Shown: piece by piece, positions 1 to 7,462 of the stretch
Layout of the letters: each line of letters opens with the position of its first letter
Position numbering within the stretch: the first letter of the stretch is position 1
IMG/VR virus record: IMGVR_UViG_3300021356_000011
Coordinates: 1-64,000 of that record
Strand: one strand, 5' to 3'
DNA length: 64,000 bases
Source: a virus
The notes under the pieces: model-generated
What the model saw: the letters and a program-made list of their open reading frames with translations, nothing else
Told to the model about the DNA's origin: nothing
The model's database searches: none
Translations under genes and position numbers: made by a program

Positions 1-1
1 C

Positions 2-190
2 ACGGCTGTCGCTGTGGATGCAGTTGGTTATACGCCTCCATGTTCTCAAACGGCTGTTGCTGCGAATAAGGCTATTCAATTTTCTATTCTTACATCTTCA
101 TCAACAGATAAATCTTACAAGCTAAAGATCAGGTGTGTCACAACCGGAGGGGTTGTTGTTGACTACCTATATGTCGCATTCTCCGACTAG
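2..190 (+). CDS. 3' part of virion-associated protein (allele of 59148..59495)
   Basis: Near-identical to the 3' end of ORF 59148..59495; stop TAG at 188-190. Confidence 0.8.
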   Translation, partial: TAVAVDAVGYTPPCSQTAVAANKAIQFSILTSSSTDKSYKLKIRCVTTGGVVVDYLYVAFSD

Positions 191-200
191 CTTGCCTACA

Positions 201-230
201 TTCGTCGCTTAAACCAAATGTCTGTATAAT
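201..230 (+). promoter_or_regulatory. Putative late/head-operon promoter TTCGTCGCT-N12-CTGTATAAT
   Basis: Perfect TATAAT. Both boxes and the 12-nt spacing are conserved in copy B (59506-59535) while the spacer sequence has diverged. Confidence 0.55.
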
Positions 231-264
231 CTTATGGAAAATATTTCACTCATGGATGATGTAT

Positions 265-3075
265 ATGAAGAGTTGGAAATACGAAAAAGACACCAGCACA
301 GGTGAGGTTTACGCTGTCTACCACAGTGTTCCTATCTTCAAAGAGCATACTGGGTCAGATGGGACGAAATATACCCAGGAATTGCTAGAGGCTATTGCTG
401 ACAACAACAACGACAGGATCGAAGAGACGGGTGACTACTGCCCTATCGTTGGTTGGCATACTCCATCAGACAATGATCCATCCAAAGACCCACCAATTAT
501 TGGGTTTGCTGAGAACTTTCGCGTAGAGAAGTTTGGTAAGAAGCAACCCAAGTGGTGTATCTATGCGACATTCAAGATCCGCAAGGACAGGCATGACTAC
601 TTTCGGGACCATCCTCGCCGTAGTGTTGAGATCTGGCCTGAAGATAAACCTGAGAATCGGTATATCGACCCTATTGCGGTGCTTGGTGCTGAAACCCCCA
701 GGCAGGACCTAGGCTTGGTCTATAGCAAGTCTGCGGCAGGAGAAGAGTCTTACATGTACTCTTCTGTCGCTGGTGGCGGGAATACTTATGTGCCTGGGGA
801 GGTGCAAAGGAACAGTAGTGATGAGGGTTATGACGCTGAGCTTTGGAACCATAGGGACATCCAAGAGGCCCAAGAGTACGATTCAGCAAAAACCAGCCAA
901 AGCCAAATTTCTGCAACTCGCAGATTAATTGACCAAATGCATGGTTGGGAGGAAGGCTCAGTAAACGCAGACATTGGCGGGGGTCGTTATGACAAGTATA
1001 CAAATGCGATGAAAGAAGAACACGGCGTCACTAGTCATGTCTATGACCCATTTAATAGGGATGACGAGCATAACGCCAAGGTAGCGTCAATAATTTCAGA
1101 CGGCAAGTCAGACACTGCTACTGTCAACAATGTTTTAAATGTAATCAAAGAGCCGGAAATCAGAGAGCATGTAATAAAGCAAGCAAAAAACGCAATCAAG
1201 GATGATGGGTACGCTTACTTTCTTATACACGTTGGGAACAAGAGCGGGGTAGGCGGTTCTCCAGAGGGGACAACTCAATGGCAAGAAAACCGTTACCCTG
1301 AAACTTACATGGAAGAAATAGAAAAGCACTTTGGAGATGTAAAAAGAAAAGGCAATCTAATCATTGCCAAAAAAGACAGCGAGTCTTTATCGAAGCAGCA
1401 GTATGACAAGCCAGGACCAAAAGATCCTCGCAGAACTCCTGCTCCCAAGAAGGACAGGGTCAAAGGCAGTAGCAAGAACCCCAAGGGATCTGCATCTAAA
1501 GCTAACGAGAAGATAGAGGTTAGCGACAAGACTGAAGCGAGTCTTAAGAAAAAGATGGAGACTCACAACAAGTCTGACAAAGGATCCAAGGCAACCATCG
1601 GTGCGTTGAAGAGCGTCTATCGCAGAGGTGCTGGAGCGTATAGCACAAGCCATGCACCTAACATGTCTAGGCATGGATGGGCCATGGCGAGGGTTAATGC
1701 ATTTTTAAAGCTGCTTCGTAGTGGTAAGCCTGACAATTCAAACTACACCCAGGACTATGACCTGCTTCCGAAGGGTCATCCCAAAAAGTCTAAGAACTCA
1801 AAAGGTGGCACAGCTATGGAATATGCAAAGGACGAAGAGGGTCAAGAGCCTGATAAGAATTACGCAACACTTGCCGCAGCCGCAGCTCCTTTTGTTGCTG
1901 ATCTCGTTAGCGGAATGGTGAGTGGTGGTGGCGACAAGAACGCTAAGAAGACTGGACCTAGACCAATTAGAAAACCTAGAGCCAAGGGCTTTAAGTTTGA
2001 TAAAGACGAGATGCCCCAGGACGTTCCTGGGGATGACGATGTTTTGGATGGAGATGATGAAATGGCATTAGACCAGCAATCCGTCCAGCAAATTGTTGAA
2101 GGACTTAAGCCTACTATCATCGACATCGTACAGGAAGAAATTGCTTCCATCGTCGGTGATCAAGGCATGGGTCCAGAGGACATGCTGGAAGATCAAGAGG
2201 TCGAAGTTGTTCCTGACGAAGAAGTCGAGGAAATGCTTGACGAAGAACCTGAAGAAGGTCGCATGGCTGAAGAGCCTGAAGAAGACGAGGAAGAGCCTGA
2301 GCGTAATGCGAAGGAAGACGAAGACGACCCTGAGAAAAATGCCAAGTGCGAATACGGCAAAGAGATGTTCGCAAAGATGGCAGAAAAGCATCGTCTTTAT
2401 GAGAAGGATGCGGATCACAAGGGTGCTTCTCAGTATATGGCTTCCATGGAAGAGGCGGATAAAAACGCAATGGATTCATACATGAAAAGCGAAAAGGCTG
2501 AAAGCCACGAGAAAGAGGCTTACGGTAAATGCTCTGACTACGGCAAGGACATGAAAGAGTCTTACAGCAAAGACAGTGAAGTTGCCGAGGCAGATAAGTA
2601 CCGCAAGGAACTGAAGCAGGAAGCTGACAAGTATTCCAAGCTTCAACAGCAGTATTCAAAACTTCAATCAGAACTGGTTGAAGCTAAGGATCAGTTGACT
2701 GAAGTTCGCAGGAGTGAGCGATACCACAAGATCGCTGATCGCTTGTCTAATCTCGAAGCTGAAGGTTACTCCTTCGACAAAGAGAAAGAACTTGAGTTCT
2801 GCATGCAACTGTCGGATGAACTGCGAGAAGAACATCTTGCAGAACGCATTCCACAGCAGTATGCGAAGTGCCCAGTTGGTGCCCCAATCCCAGTCGAGGA
2901 GAGCGAAGAGCTTAAACCGATTGAGCAGAAGAGCATCAAGTACAGCCGAGCAGCAAACCTTGCTACTCAGAAACTGCGTGCCCAAGGCAATAAAGGCGTA
3001 AGCTTTGACAAAGTCTTGAAGCACATGTGCGATAACGATACGGATGAGTGCCCCTCCGTAGAAGACCTGAAGTAA
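265..3075 (+). CDS. Prohead protease (Mu I-like) / scaffold polyprotein with inserted SAM-methyltransferase-like domain and a basic conserved head domain
   Basis: N-terminal protease motifs PIVGWH, RRSVEI, AVLGAETP. Insert with DIGGGRYD and NNVLNVI. Domain LKSVYRRGAGAY..SH..WAMARVNAFL (DUF5824-like). Acidic coiled-coil C-terminus. Lies upstream of decoration and capsid genes. Start ATG 265 is conserved in copy B. Confidence 0.8.
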   Translation: MKSWKYEKDTSTGEVYAVYHSVPIFKEHTGSDGTKYTQELLEAIADNNNDRIEETGDYCPIVGWHTPSDNDPSKDPPIIGFAENFRVEKFGKKQPKWCIYATFKIRKDRHDYFRDHPRRSVEIWPEDKPENRYIDPIAVLGAETPRQDLGLVYSKSAAGEESYMYSSVAGGGNTYVPGEVQRNSSDEGYDAELWNHRDIQEAQEYDSAKTSQSQISATRRLIDQMHGWEEGSVNADIGGGRYDKYTNAMKEEHGVTSHVYDPFNRDDEHNAKVASIISDGKSDTATVNNVLNVIKEPEIREHVIKQAKNAIKDDGYAYFLIHVGNKSGVGGSPEGTTQWQENRYPETYMEEIEKHFGDVKRKGNLIIAKKDSESLSKQQYDKPGPKDPRRTPAPKKDRVKGSSKNPKGSASKANEKIEVSDKTEASLKKKMETHNKSDKGSKATIGALKSVYRRGAGAYSTSHAPNMSRHGWAMARVNAFLKLLRSGKPDNSNYTQDYDLLPKGHPKKSKNSKGGTAMEYAKDEEGQEPDKNYATLAAAAAPFVADLVSGMVSGGGDKNAKKTGPRPIRKPRAKGFKFDKDEMPQDVPGDDDVLDGDDEMALDQQSVQQIVEGLKPTIIDIVQEEIASIVGDQGMGPEDMLEDQEVEVVPDEEVEEMLDEEPEEGRMAEEPEEDEEEPERNAKEDEDDPEKNAKCEYGKEMFAKMAEKHRLYEKDADHKGASQYMASMEEADKNAMDSYMKSEKAESHEKEAYGKCSDYGKDMKESYSKDSEVAEADKYRKELKQEADKYSKLQQQYSKLQSELVEAKDQLTEVRRSERYHKIADRLSNLEAEGYSFDKEKELEFCMQLSDELREEHLAERIPQQYAKCPVGAPIPVEESEELKPIEQKSIKYSRAANLATQKLRAQGNKGVSFDKVLKHMCDNDTDECPSVEDLK
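2062..3075 (+). CDS. Probable nested in-frame scaffold protein (Mu Z-like), MALDQQSV...
   Basis: GGAG 8 nt upstream of in-frame ATG 2062. Copy B has GGAGG 7 nt upstream of the equivalent ATG 62475, where homology resumes. Confidence 0.55.
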   Translation: MALDQQSVQQIVEGLKPTIIDIVQEEIASIVGDQGMGPEDMLEDQEVEVVPDEEVEEMLDEEPEEGRMAEEPEEDEEEPERNAKEDEDDPEKNAKCEYGKEMFAKMAEKHRLYEKDADHKGASQYMASMEEADKNAMDSYMKSEKAESHEKEAYGKCSDYGKDMKESYSKDSEVAEADKYRKELKQEADKYSKLQQQYSKLQSELVEAKDQLTEVRRSERYHKIADRLSNLEAEGYSFDKEKELEFCMQLSDELREEHLAERIPQQYAKCPVGAPIPVEESEELKPIEQKSIKYSRAANLATQKLRAQGNKGVSFDKVLKHMCDNDTDECPSVEDLK

Positions 3076-3113
3076 GCGGGCCTTTTAGGTTTTAGCCACT
3101 ATAGGAGATTGAC

Positions 3114-3509
3114 ATGGCTAATACGTTTAGTTTCAAGGCTGGGGGGAACATCTTGCCTAGCCGAATCATCAAGTTGTCTGATGCTTTCGAGGTTCAGCAA
3201 GCTGCCGCTTCTGGTGATGACTTGCTTGGCGTTACTGCTGAAAGCACCAAGGACGCTCCTGGCCTGACTGGTGCAAGCACCAATCATGCTGAATCAGGCG
3301 ATCCAGTCCAATACTTTGGTCCTGGCGAAGTCTGCTTGGTAGAGGCTGGAGAAGCCTTGACTGCCCCTGCACTTTGCACTGCTGACTCTGTTGGTCGTGC
3401 TGTTGCTGCTGCTACTACTGAATATGCAGTCGTTCGTGTTATCGAAGACGCAAGTGCAGCAGGAGAGTTGGTTAGGTGCTTGGTTAGCGACCTTGTTTAC
3501 GTTCCCTAA
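3114..3509 (+). CDS. Capsid decoration/cement protein (DUF2190-like)
   Basis: 131 aa, Ala/Gly-rich, VEAG..ADSVGRAV pattern; located between protease and MCP; SD AGGAG. Confidence 0.7.
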   Translation: MANTFSFKAGGNILPSRIIKLSDAFEVQQAAASGDDLLGVTAESTKDAPGLTGASTNHAESGDPVQYFGPGEVCLVEAGEALTAPALCTADSVGRAVAAATTEYAVVRVIEDASAAGELVRCLVSDLVYVP

Positions 3510-3558
3510 CCATTAGCTGTTTTGGACTAACAGAGAAAATTTGTACGGAGATTAAAAA

Positions 3559-4608
3559 ATGGCTAGTGCGCCAGGACAATTTAATACCTACGTTCCGAGT
3601 ACGGAATCGACGAATAATCTGATTGCAGATTTCAGTCGTAATCCTGATAAGTTTCGTTTGGCAGAATGGTGCCAGTACGTTCCCGTTGAGAAGAACAAAG
3701 GCTTCTTCACTGAAATGACAGTGGAGCAAGCTGGTCGTATCATCAACGCTGATGGCGATGACATGCGATGGGCAGATGGAACGGAGGCTCCTCGCCAATC
3801 GTTTGGTCTGGAAAACTTCGAGTTCAAGCCATACGTTACTGAGCGTTTCGTATCTGGTTTTGAACTGGGTGAGATGGCAGCAGGTCAAGCAAGCTGGGAC
3901 GTTCTCGCTCAGCATGCTCGCATTCATGCTCAACGCATGATGACCCTGCGAACCGTCAAGGCTGTTGCAATCGCTGGTACTGCTGGCAGCTACCTGTCAG
4001 CCAACCAAGTTGACATTGCATCGGCTCCTGCTGACCTCAACATCTCAGGCAAACTGGATGTTGCTACTTCTGCCAACATGGATATCAAGCGAACCTTGGA
4101 TTACTCTGCTGAGTTGATCTACCAGGGTACTCTTGGTGCTGTTGGACAGGACGACCTTTGCGTGGTCATGAACCCTCTTACGGCTCGCCGCTTGTCGGTT
4201 ACCCAAGAGATTCGTGACACCCTCAAGCAGTCTCCTTTCGCAATGCAGATCGTAGAGAATCAGCTTGGCCCAGCGAATAACTGGGGCTTGCCTGCTCAAC
4301 TCTACGGTTACAACATCGTCTGCGAAGACGCTGTTAAAGTGACCAGCATCAAGGGTGCTACCGCTGTACGAGACTATGTCTTGGCTGATGGTGTTATCTT
4401 TGTTTGCAGTCGCCCAGGTGGACTGGAAGGCGTCGAAGGATCTCCTTCGTTCTCGACTTTCCAGACCTTCTTGAAGACTGAAATGCTGGTTGAATCCAAG
4501 CATGACCAGGACAACAAGCGACATGTTGGTCGAATCATCGATGACTTCGATGTTCGCATGGTTGCTCCGCTGTCTGGTGTTCACATCAGCAACGCATTGA
4601 CTGCATAG
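3559..4608 (+). CDS. Major capsid protein
   Basis: 349 aa after scaffold and decoration genes; HK97-like segment VVMNP..ARRL...LYGYNIV; SD GGAG; followed by a terminator. Confidence 0.8.
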   Translation: MASAPGQFNTYVPSTESTNNLIADFSRNPDKFRLAEWCQYVPVEKNKGFFTEMTVEQAGRIINADGDDMRWADGTEAPRQSFGLENFEFKPYVTERFVSGFELGEMAAGQASWDVLAQHARIHAQRMMTLRTVKAVAIAGTAGSYLSANQVDIASAPADLNISGKLDVATSANMDIKRTLDYSAELIYQGTLGAVGQDDLCVVMNPLTARRLSVTQEIRDTLKQSPFAMQIVENQLGPANNWGLPAQLYGYNIVCEDAVKVTSIKGATAVRDYVLADGVIFVCSRPGGLEGVEGSPSFSTFQTFLKTEMLVESKHDQDNKRHVGRIIDDFDVRMVAPLSGVHISNALTA

Positions 4609-4650
4609 TCGGTGCTTTAGGTTTTGCATCACTTCCCCTCTCGGTGATGC

Positions 4651-4685
4651 GGATGGGGGTGGTTTTCCACCCCTGTCCTTTTTTT
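4651..4685 (+). terminator. Rho-independent terminator after MCP
   Basis: GGATGGGGGTGG-TTTT-CCACCCCTGTCC followed by T7; preceded by a second hairpin GCATCAC..GTGATGC (4626-4650). Confidence 0.8.
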
Positions 4686-4710
4686 AGGTTTACACGCTAA
4701 GGGAAGACGA

Positions 4711-5268
4711 ATGGCTACACCAGTTACTGGGAGCGGAACGTCGATCACTCTGGCTAATGCTTCGGATTTAGCTAGTAGATACTCCCCTGGACTACTCGGT
4801 GATTTGCTTGCCGATGATGGGAACAGGGTGTTGGATCTGGCTGGTAGTGCCAAGCTTACGGCTATCCTTAACTCGGCTACAGGCAAAGTGCTTGCATCTC
4901 TTATGCAATCAGATCGCTACACTGTCGATCAGATTAACTCTTTAGGAGATTCAACTAGTTCTTCGTATAATCAACAGTCATACGAATACCTCGTAGACAT
5001 CATCTGTCGTGTTGCCTATTGGATGCTATGGCAAAGAAAGCCTTGGGATGATTCATCAGACGGATCTCGAAGGCAAGCCCAGGCAGAATCAGATGCAGCA
5101 CTGAAGATGCTGCGTGATGGAACTGAGATCCTGTTGTTGGGTGGAGCCAAGGAAGCTGGCAAGCCTGACAACGTGGGAGTAAAAGCCACTCAGCAGAAGA
5201 CAATGTGGTCACAAGCTGGACGGGGCAGGTGGTATCCAATTAATCAAAACATAGACAGGACAGGTTGA
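4711..5268 (+). CDS. Head-tail connector, Mu gp36/DUF1320-like
   Basis: Position after MCP; pattern DL..RY...L..L.....L..A...L...RY....C..A...L..R....A...L..LRDG. Confidence 0.65.
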   Translation: MATPVTGSGTSITLANASDLASRYSPGLLGDLLADDGNRVLDLAGSAKLTAILNSATGKVLASLMQSDRYTVDQINSLGDSTSSSYNQQSYEYLVDIICRVAYWMLWQRKPWDDSSDGSRRQAQAESDAALKMLRDGTEILLLGGAKEAGKPDNVGVKATQQKTMWSQAGRGRWYPINQNIDRTG

Positions 5269-5269
5269 T

Positions 5270-5803
5270 ATGGCTATCGAACATTTTTTTGCTGGTCCAG
5301 CTACCGTTAGTGTCCAGACAAGGACTCCATCGACAGGTGTTCTAGGAACAGCATTTGATTTAGGAATCAATCGAGAAGCGATTCCAATTATTGTTACACC
5401 CAGCATGCTGGACGTTCCATCTGATGATTTTGGTGGTCCTGATGGCGTCCCTGCTGACGTTCAATACATGGGTGCTATCGCTAACATCCAGCTTAGCTTG
5501 ACCAAGTTTGACAAGGCTTTTGTCGATTCATTTTTGACTGGCTACACCTGGGATGATGGTGGCGCTGACGATGTTCAGACGGCTGGTATCCTTCCAGAGT
5601 TTGGTGCTTTCGCTAGGCAGAACAGCTTCTTTTTTAAAATGACGCTAACTAGTGCGTATGTCATCAGGACATTTGAACAATGCATTATTAGAAATGGTGG
5701 TGCAACTGGTCAGGGAACGCGATATGCGTCCTACGACTTACAGGTTGAATGTCACATCGACACAACCACTGCACGAGAATTGTTTGGTGGTACTTACACC
5801 TAA
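5270..5803 (+). CDS. Putative tail tube protein
   Basis: 177 aa, beta-rich (GPA.V...LG....I.....DV.SD..GG), immediately upstream of the frameshifted chaperone and tape-measure genes. Confidence 0.55.
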   Translation: MAIEHFFAGPATVSVQTRTPSTGVLGTAFDLGINREAIPIIVTPSMLDVPSDDFGGPDGVPADVQYMGAIANIQLSLTKFDKAFVDSFLTGYTWDDGGADDVQTAGILPEFGAFARQNSFFFKMTLTSAYVIRTFEQCIIRNGGATGQGTRYASYDLQVECHIDTTTARELFGGTYT

Positions 5804-5827
5804 TTGAAAATCCGAGAGGGGGAAGTG

Positions 5828-6277
5828 ATGGAAGCTACGGAAAAGCAACGCGACGAGTACATCTTCAAGTATTTCAATGGCGAGAAGGAAGTATGCAGTG
5901 ATCCATCTCAGATCTACGATGATCTGATTGACGATCCTGAATATGACTTTCTCGGTGAATGGTCTGAAGTTGATCTCATCAAAGATCTGAAAGAAAAGAA
6001 GGAAGCATTCAACAAGCTGATTGCTCATGCCTGCAAGTCATTTAACGTCACTCTTCTAGGCGAAGATGGCAATGGTTTGACCAGGGCTGAGATAGCAGAG
6101 CTTGTTGGATCCTTTATCAATTGGATCAACGATGTCAAAAAAAAACTCGCAGTATTGCGGATACAATCGGAGACTTCGGAATCGAGTACACCGGATGCCG
6201 ACCTGACAGTCGAGACACCAGACTCATCCTTAAGCTCCACCGAGAAAGAATTATCTGCCGAAGGTCAGAAGTCGTAA
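5828..6277 (+). CDS. Tail assembly chaperone (gpG-like)
   Basis: Acidic helical protein between tube and tape measure; contains A9C slippery run at 6137-6146. Confidence 0.65.
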   Translation: MEATEKQRDEYIFKYFNGEKEVCSDPSQIYDDLIDDPEYDFLGEWSEVDLIKDLKEKKEAFNKLIAHACKSFNVTLLGEDGNGLTRAEIAELVGSFINWINDVKKKLAVLRIQSETSESSTPDADLTVETPDSSLSSTEKELSAEGQKS

Positions 6278-6411
6278 GGCTGGGAACAGCACATGCCATG
6301 TCTGGTTTAACAGAAGCTTACTTCATTCACATGTCAAAGACAGTTGAAGAAGGGAAAGCTCTCTGGGCTAAGTACAAAGCTAATCGGAAAAAGAAAACCG
6401 AGGTAAGTTAG
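6137..6411 (+). CDS. -1 frameshift extension of tail assembly chaperone (gpGT-like)
   Basis: The open -1 frame (ORF 6121..6411) is entered via A AAA AAC and ends immediately before the tape-measure ATG. Confidence 0.6.
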
Positions 6412-7440
6412 ATGGCAGGCAACATTGCTTCTGAAGTCACAAAGTTTCTAAAAGCTGAAGGGCAGAAACAGCTAAGGAATGTTGCGTCTGATGTTGTCGC
6501 TGGTGTAGTTGGTGGCAGCGGAGGCAGAAGGGCACAGGAGCAGGTTCGCCGGAGGAGCAACCTGTTGGGGATGGCGATGACTCCTGGCAGTGTGCTTACC
6601 CACGGAATCGCTAGAGGCTTTTCTGGTAAACTTCAAAAATACGCCACATCTGCTGGAGGCATGGTCGCCAAAGGTGCTACTGATGAATCTGGAGCAGCAC
6701 TGCAAGGCTCCATTGAGATGGCGAAGAATCAGGTGAACGCTTTCACCAACCTCTTCACTGCTCCTGGGATCAAAAGCATTGGCGAGTTCTTTAGTGTCAT
6801 GGCAGATGCACCGAAGAATGTCCTGTCTTTTGGTGAAGCATTACTATCTGTAACTGGGAAGCTGAAAGATGTCAGTCCTGCGTTTGCTGCTATTTCTGCT
6901 GAGCAGGAAATCCGGCAGTTGGAACGTGACATAAGAACTGGAGAGCAGACTGGAGGGTCAGCTACTGAGTTAAGCGAAGCAATGGAAGACTTCAAAGATT
7001 CAATGCTTCCAGTTCAGAACGAAATCTACAACACGACGGCAGAACTCGTTACAGATTTGATTCCAGTTGCAAAACAGATTTATGCAATCATGGGTCCATT
7101 CTTCAAGGCAGCAGCAACACTTCTTTCAGAAATTGTAAAAGTCCTTTCAAAAATCATGGTTCCGATATTAATCATGATTGTTGACACAATATTAAAAATG
7201 TTTGTCGCATTAAGGATAGTCGTCTCGGTCCTAGCGAGTGTTAGATTCCTTGGGGCACTTTCATCAGTGGCAGAAAAATTAGACCCAATAATAGAAACAT
7301 TGAATGGGATGCTGGATGGAATCCGTGATCTTAACGAAGAAGAAGACGAAGAAGAAAAGATGAATGCTCATCAAATCGCAGTTGCAGCGTTGAGAATGAG
7401 AACAAACGAAGTCACAGATCCAAGACCACCTGCCCCTTAA
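6412..7440 (+). CDS. Short tape measure protein
   Basis: Ala/Gly/Ser-rich helical protein with hydrophobic C-terminal stretch, directly after the G/GT frameshift pair. Confidence 0.55.
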   Translation: MAGNIASEVTKFLKAEGQKQLRNVASDVVAGVVGGSGGRRAQEQVRRRSNLLGMAMTPGSVLTHGIARGFSGKLQKYATSAGGMVAKGATDESGAALQGSIEMAKNQVNAFTNLFTAPGIKSIGEFFSVMADAPKNVLSFGEALLSVTGKLKDVSPAFAAISAEQEIRQLERDIRTGEQTGGSATELSEAMEDFKDSMLPVQNEIYNTTAELVTDLIPVAKQIYAIMGPFFKAAATLLSEIVKVLSKIMVPILIMIVDTILKMFVALRIVVSVLASVRFLGALSSVAEKLDPIIETLNGMLDGIRDLNEEEDEEEKMNAHQIAVAALRMRTNEVTDPRPPAP

Positions 7441-7462
7441 GTAACTCAATAGAAAGAACAGC

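Larger units (their letters stand above)
1..3620 (+). repeat. Copy A of diverged direct repeat (end of tail gene, protease-scaffold, decoration protein, start of MCP)
   Basis: Positions 1-108 are identical to 59306-59413. Homology continues with substitutions and large indels to the window end. Confidence 0.95.

Noticed and set aside
805-1392. Inteins or introns as the explanation for the in-frame inserts
   Set aside because: No Cys/Ser start with His-Asn end and no homing endonuclease motifs at the insert boundaries; the reading frame is continuous.
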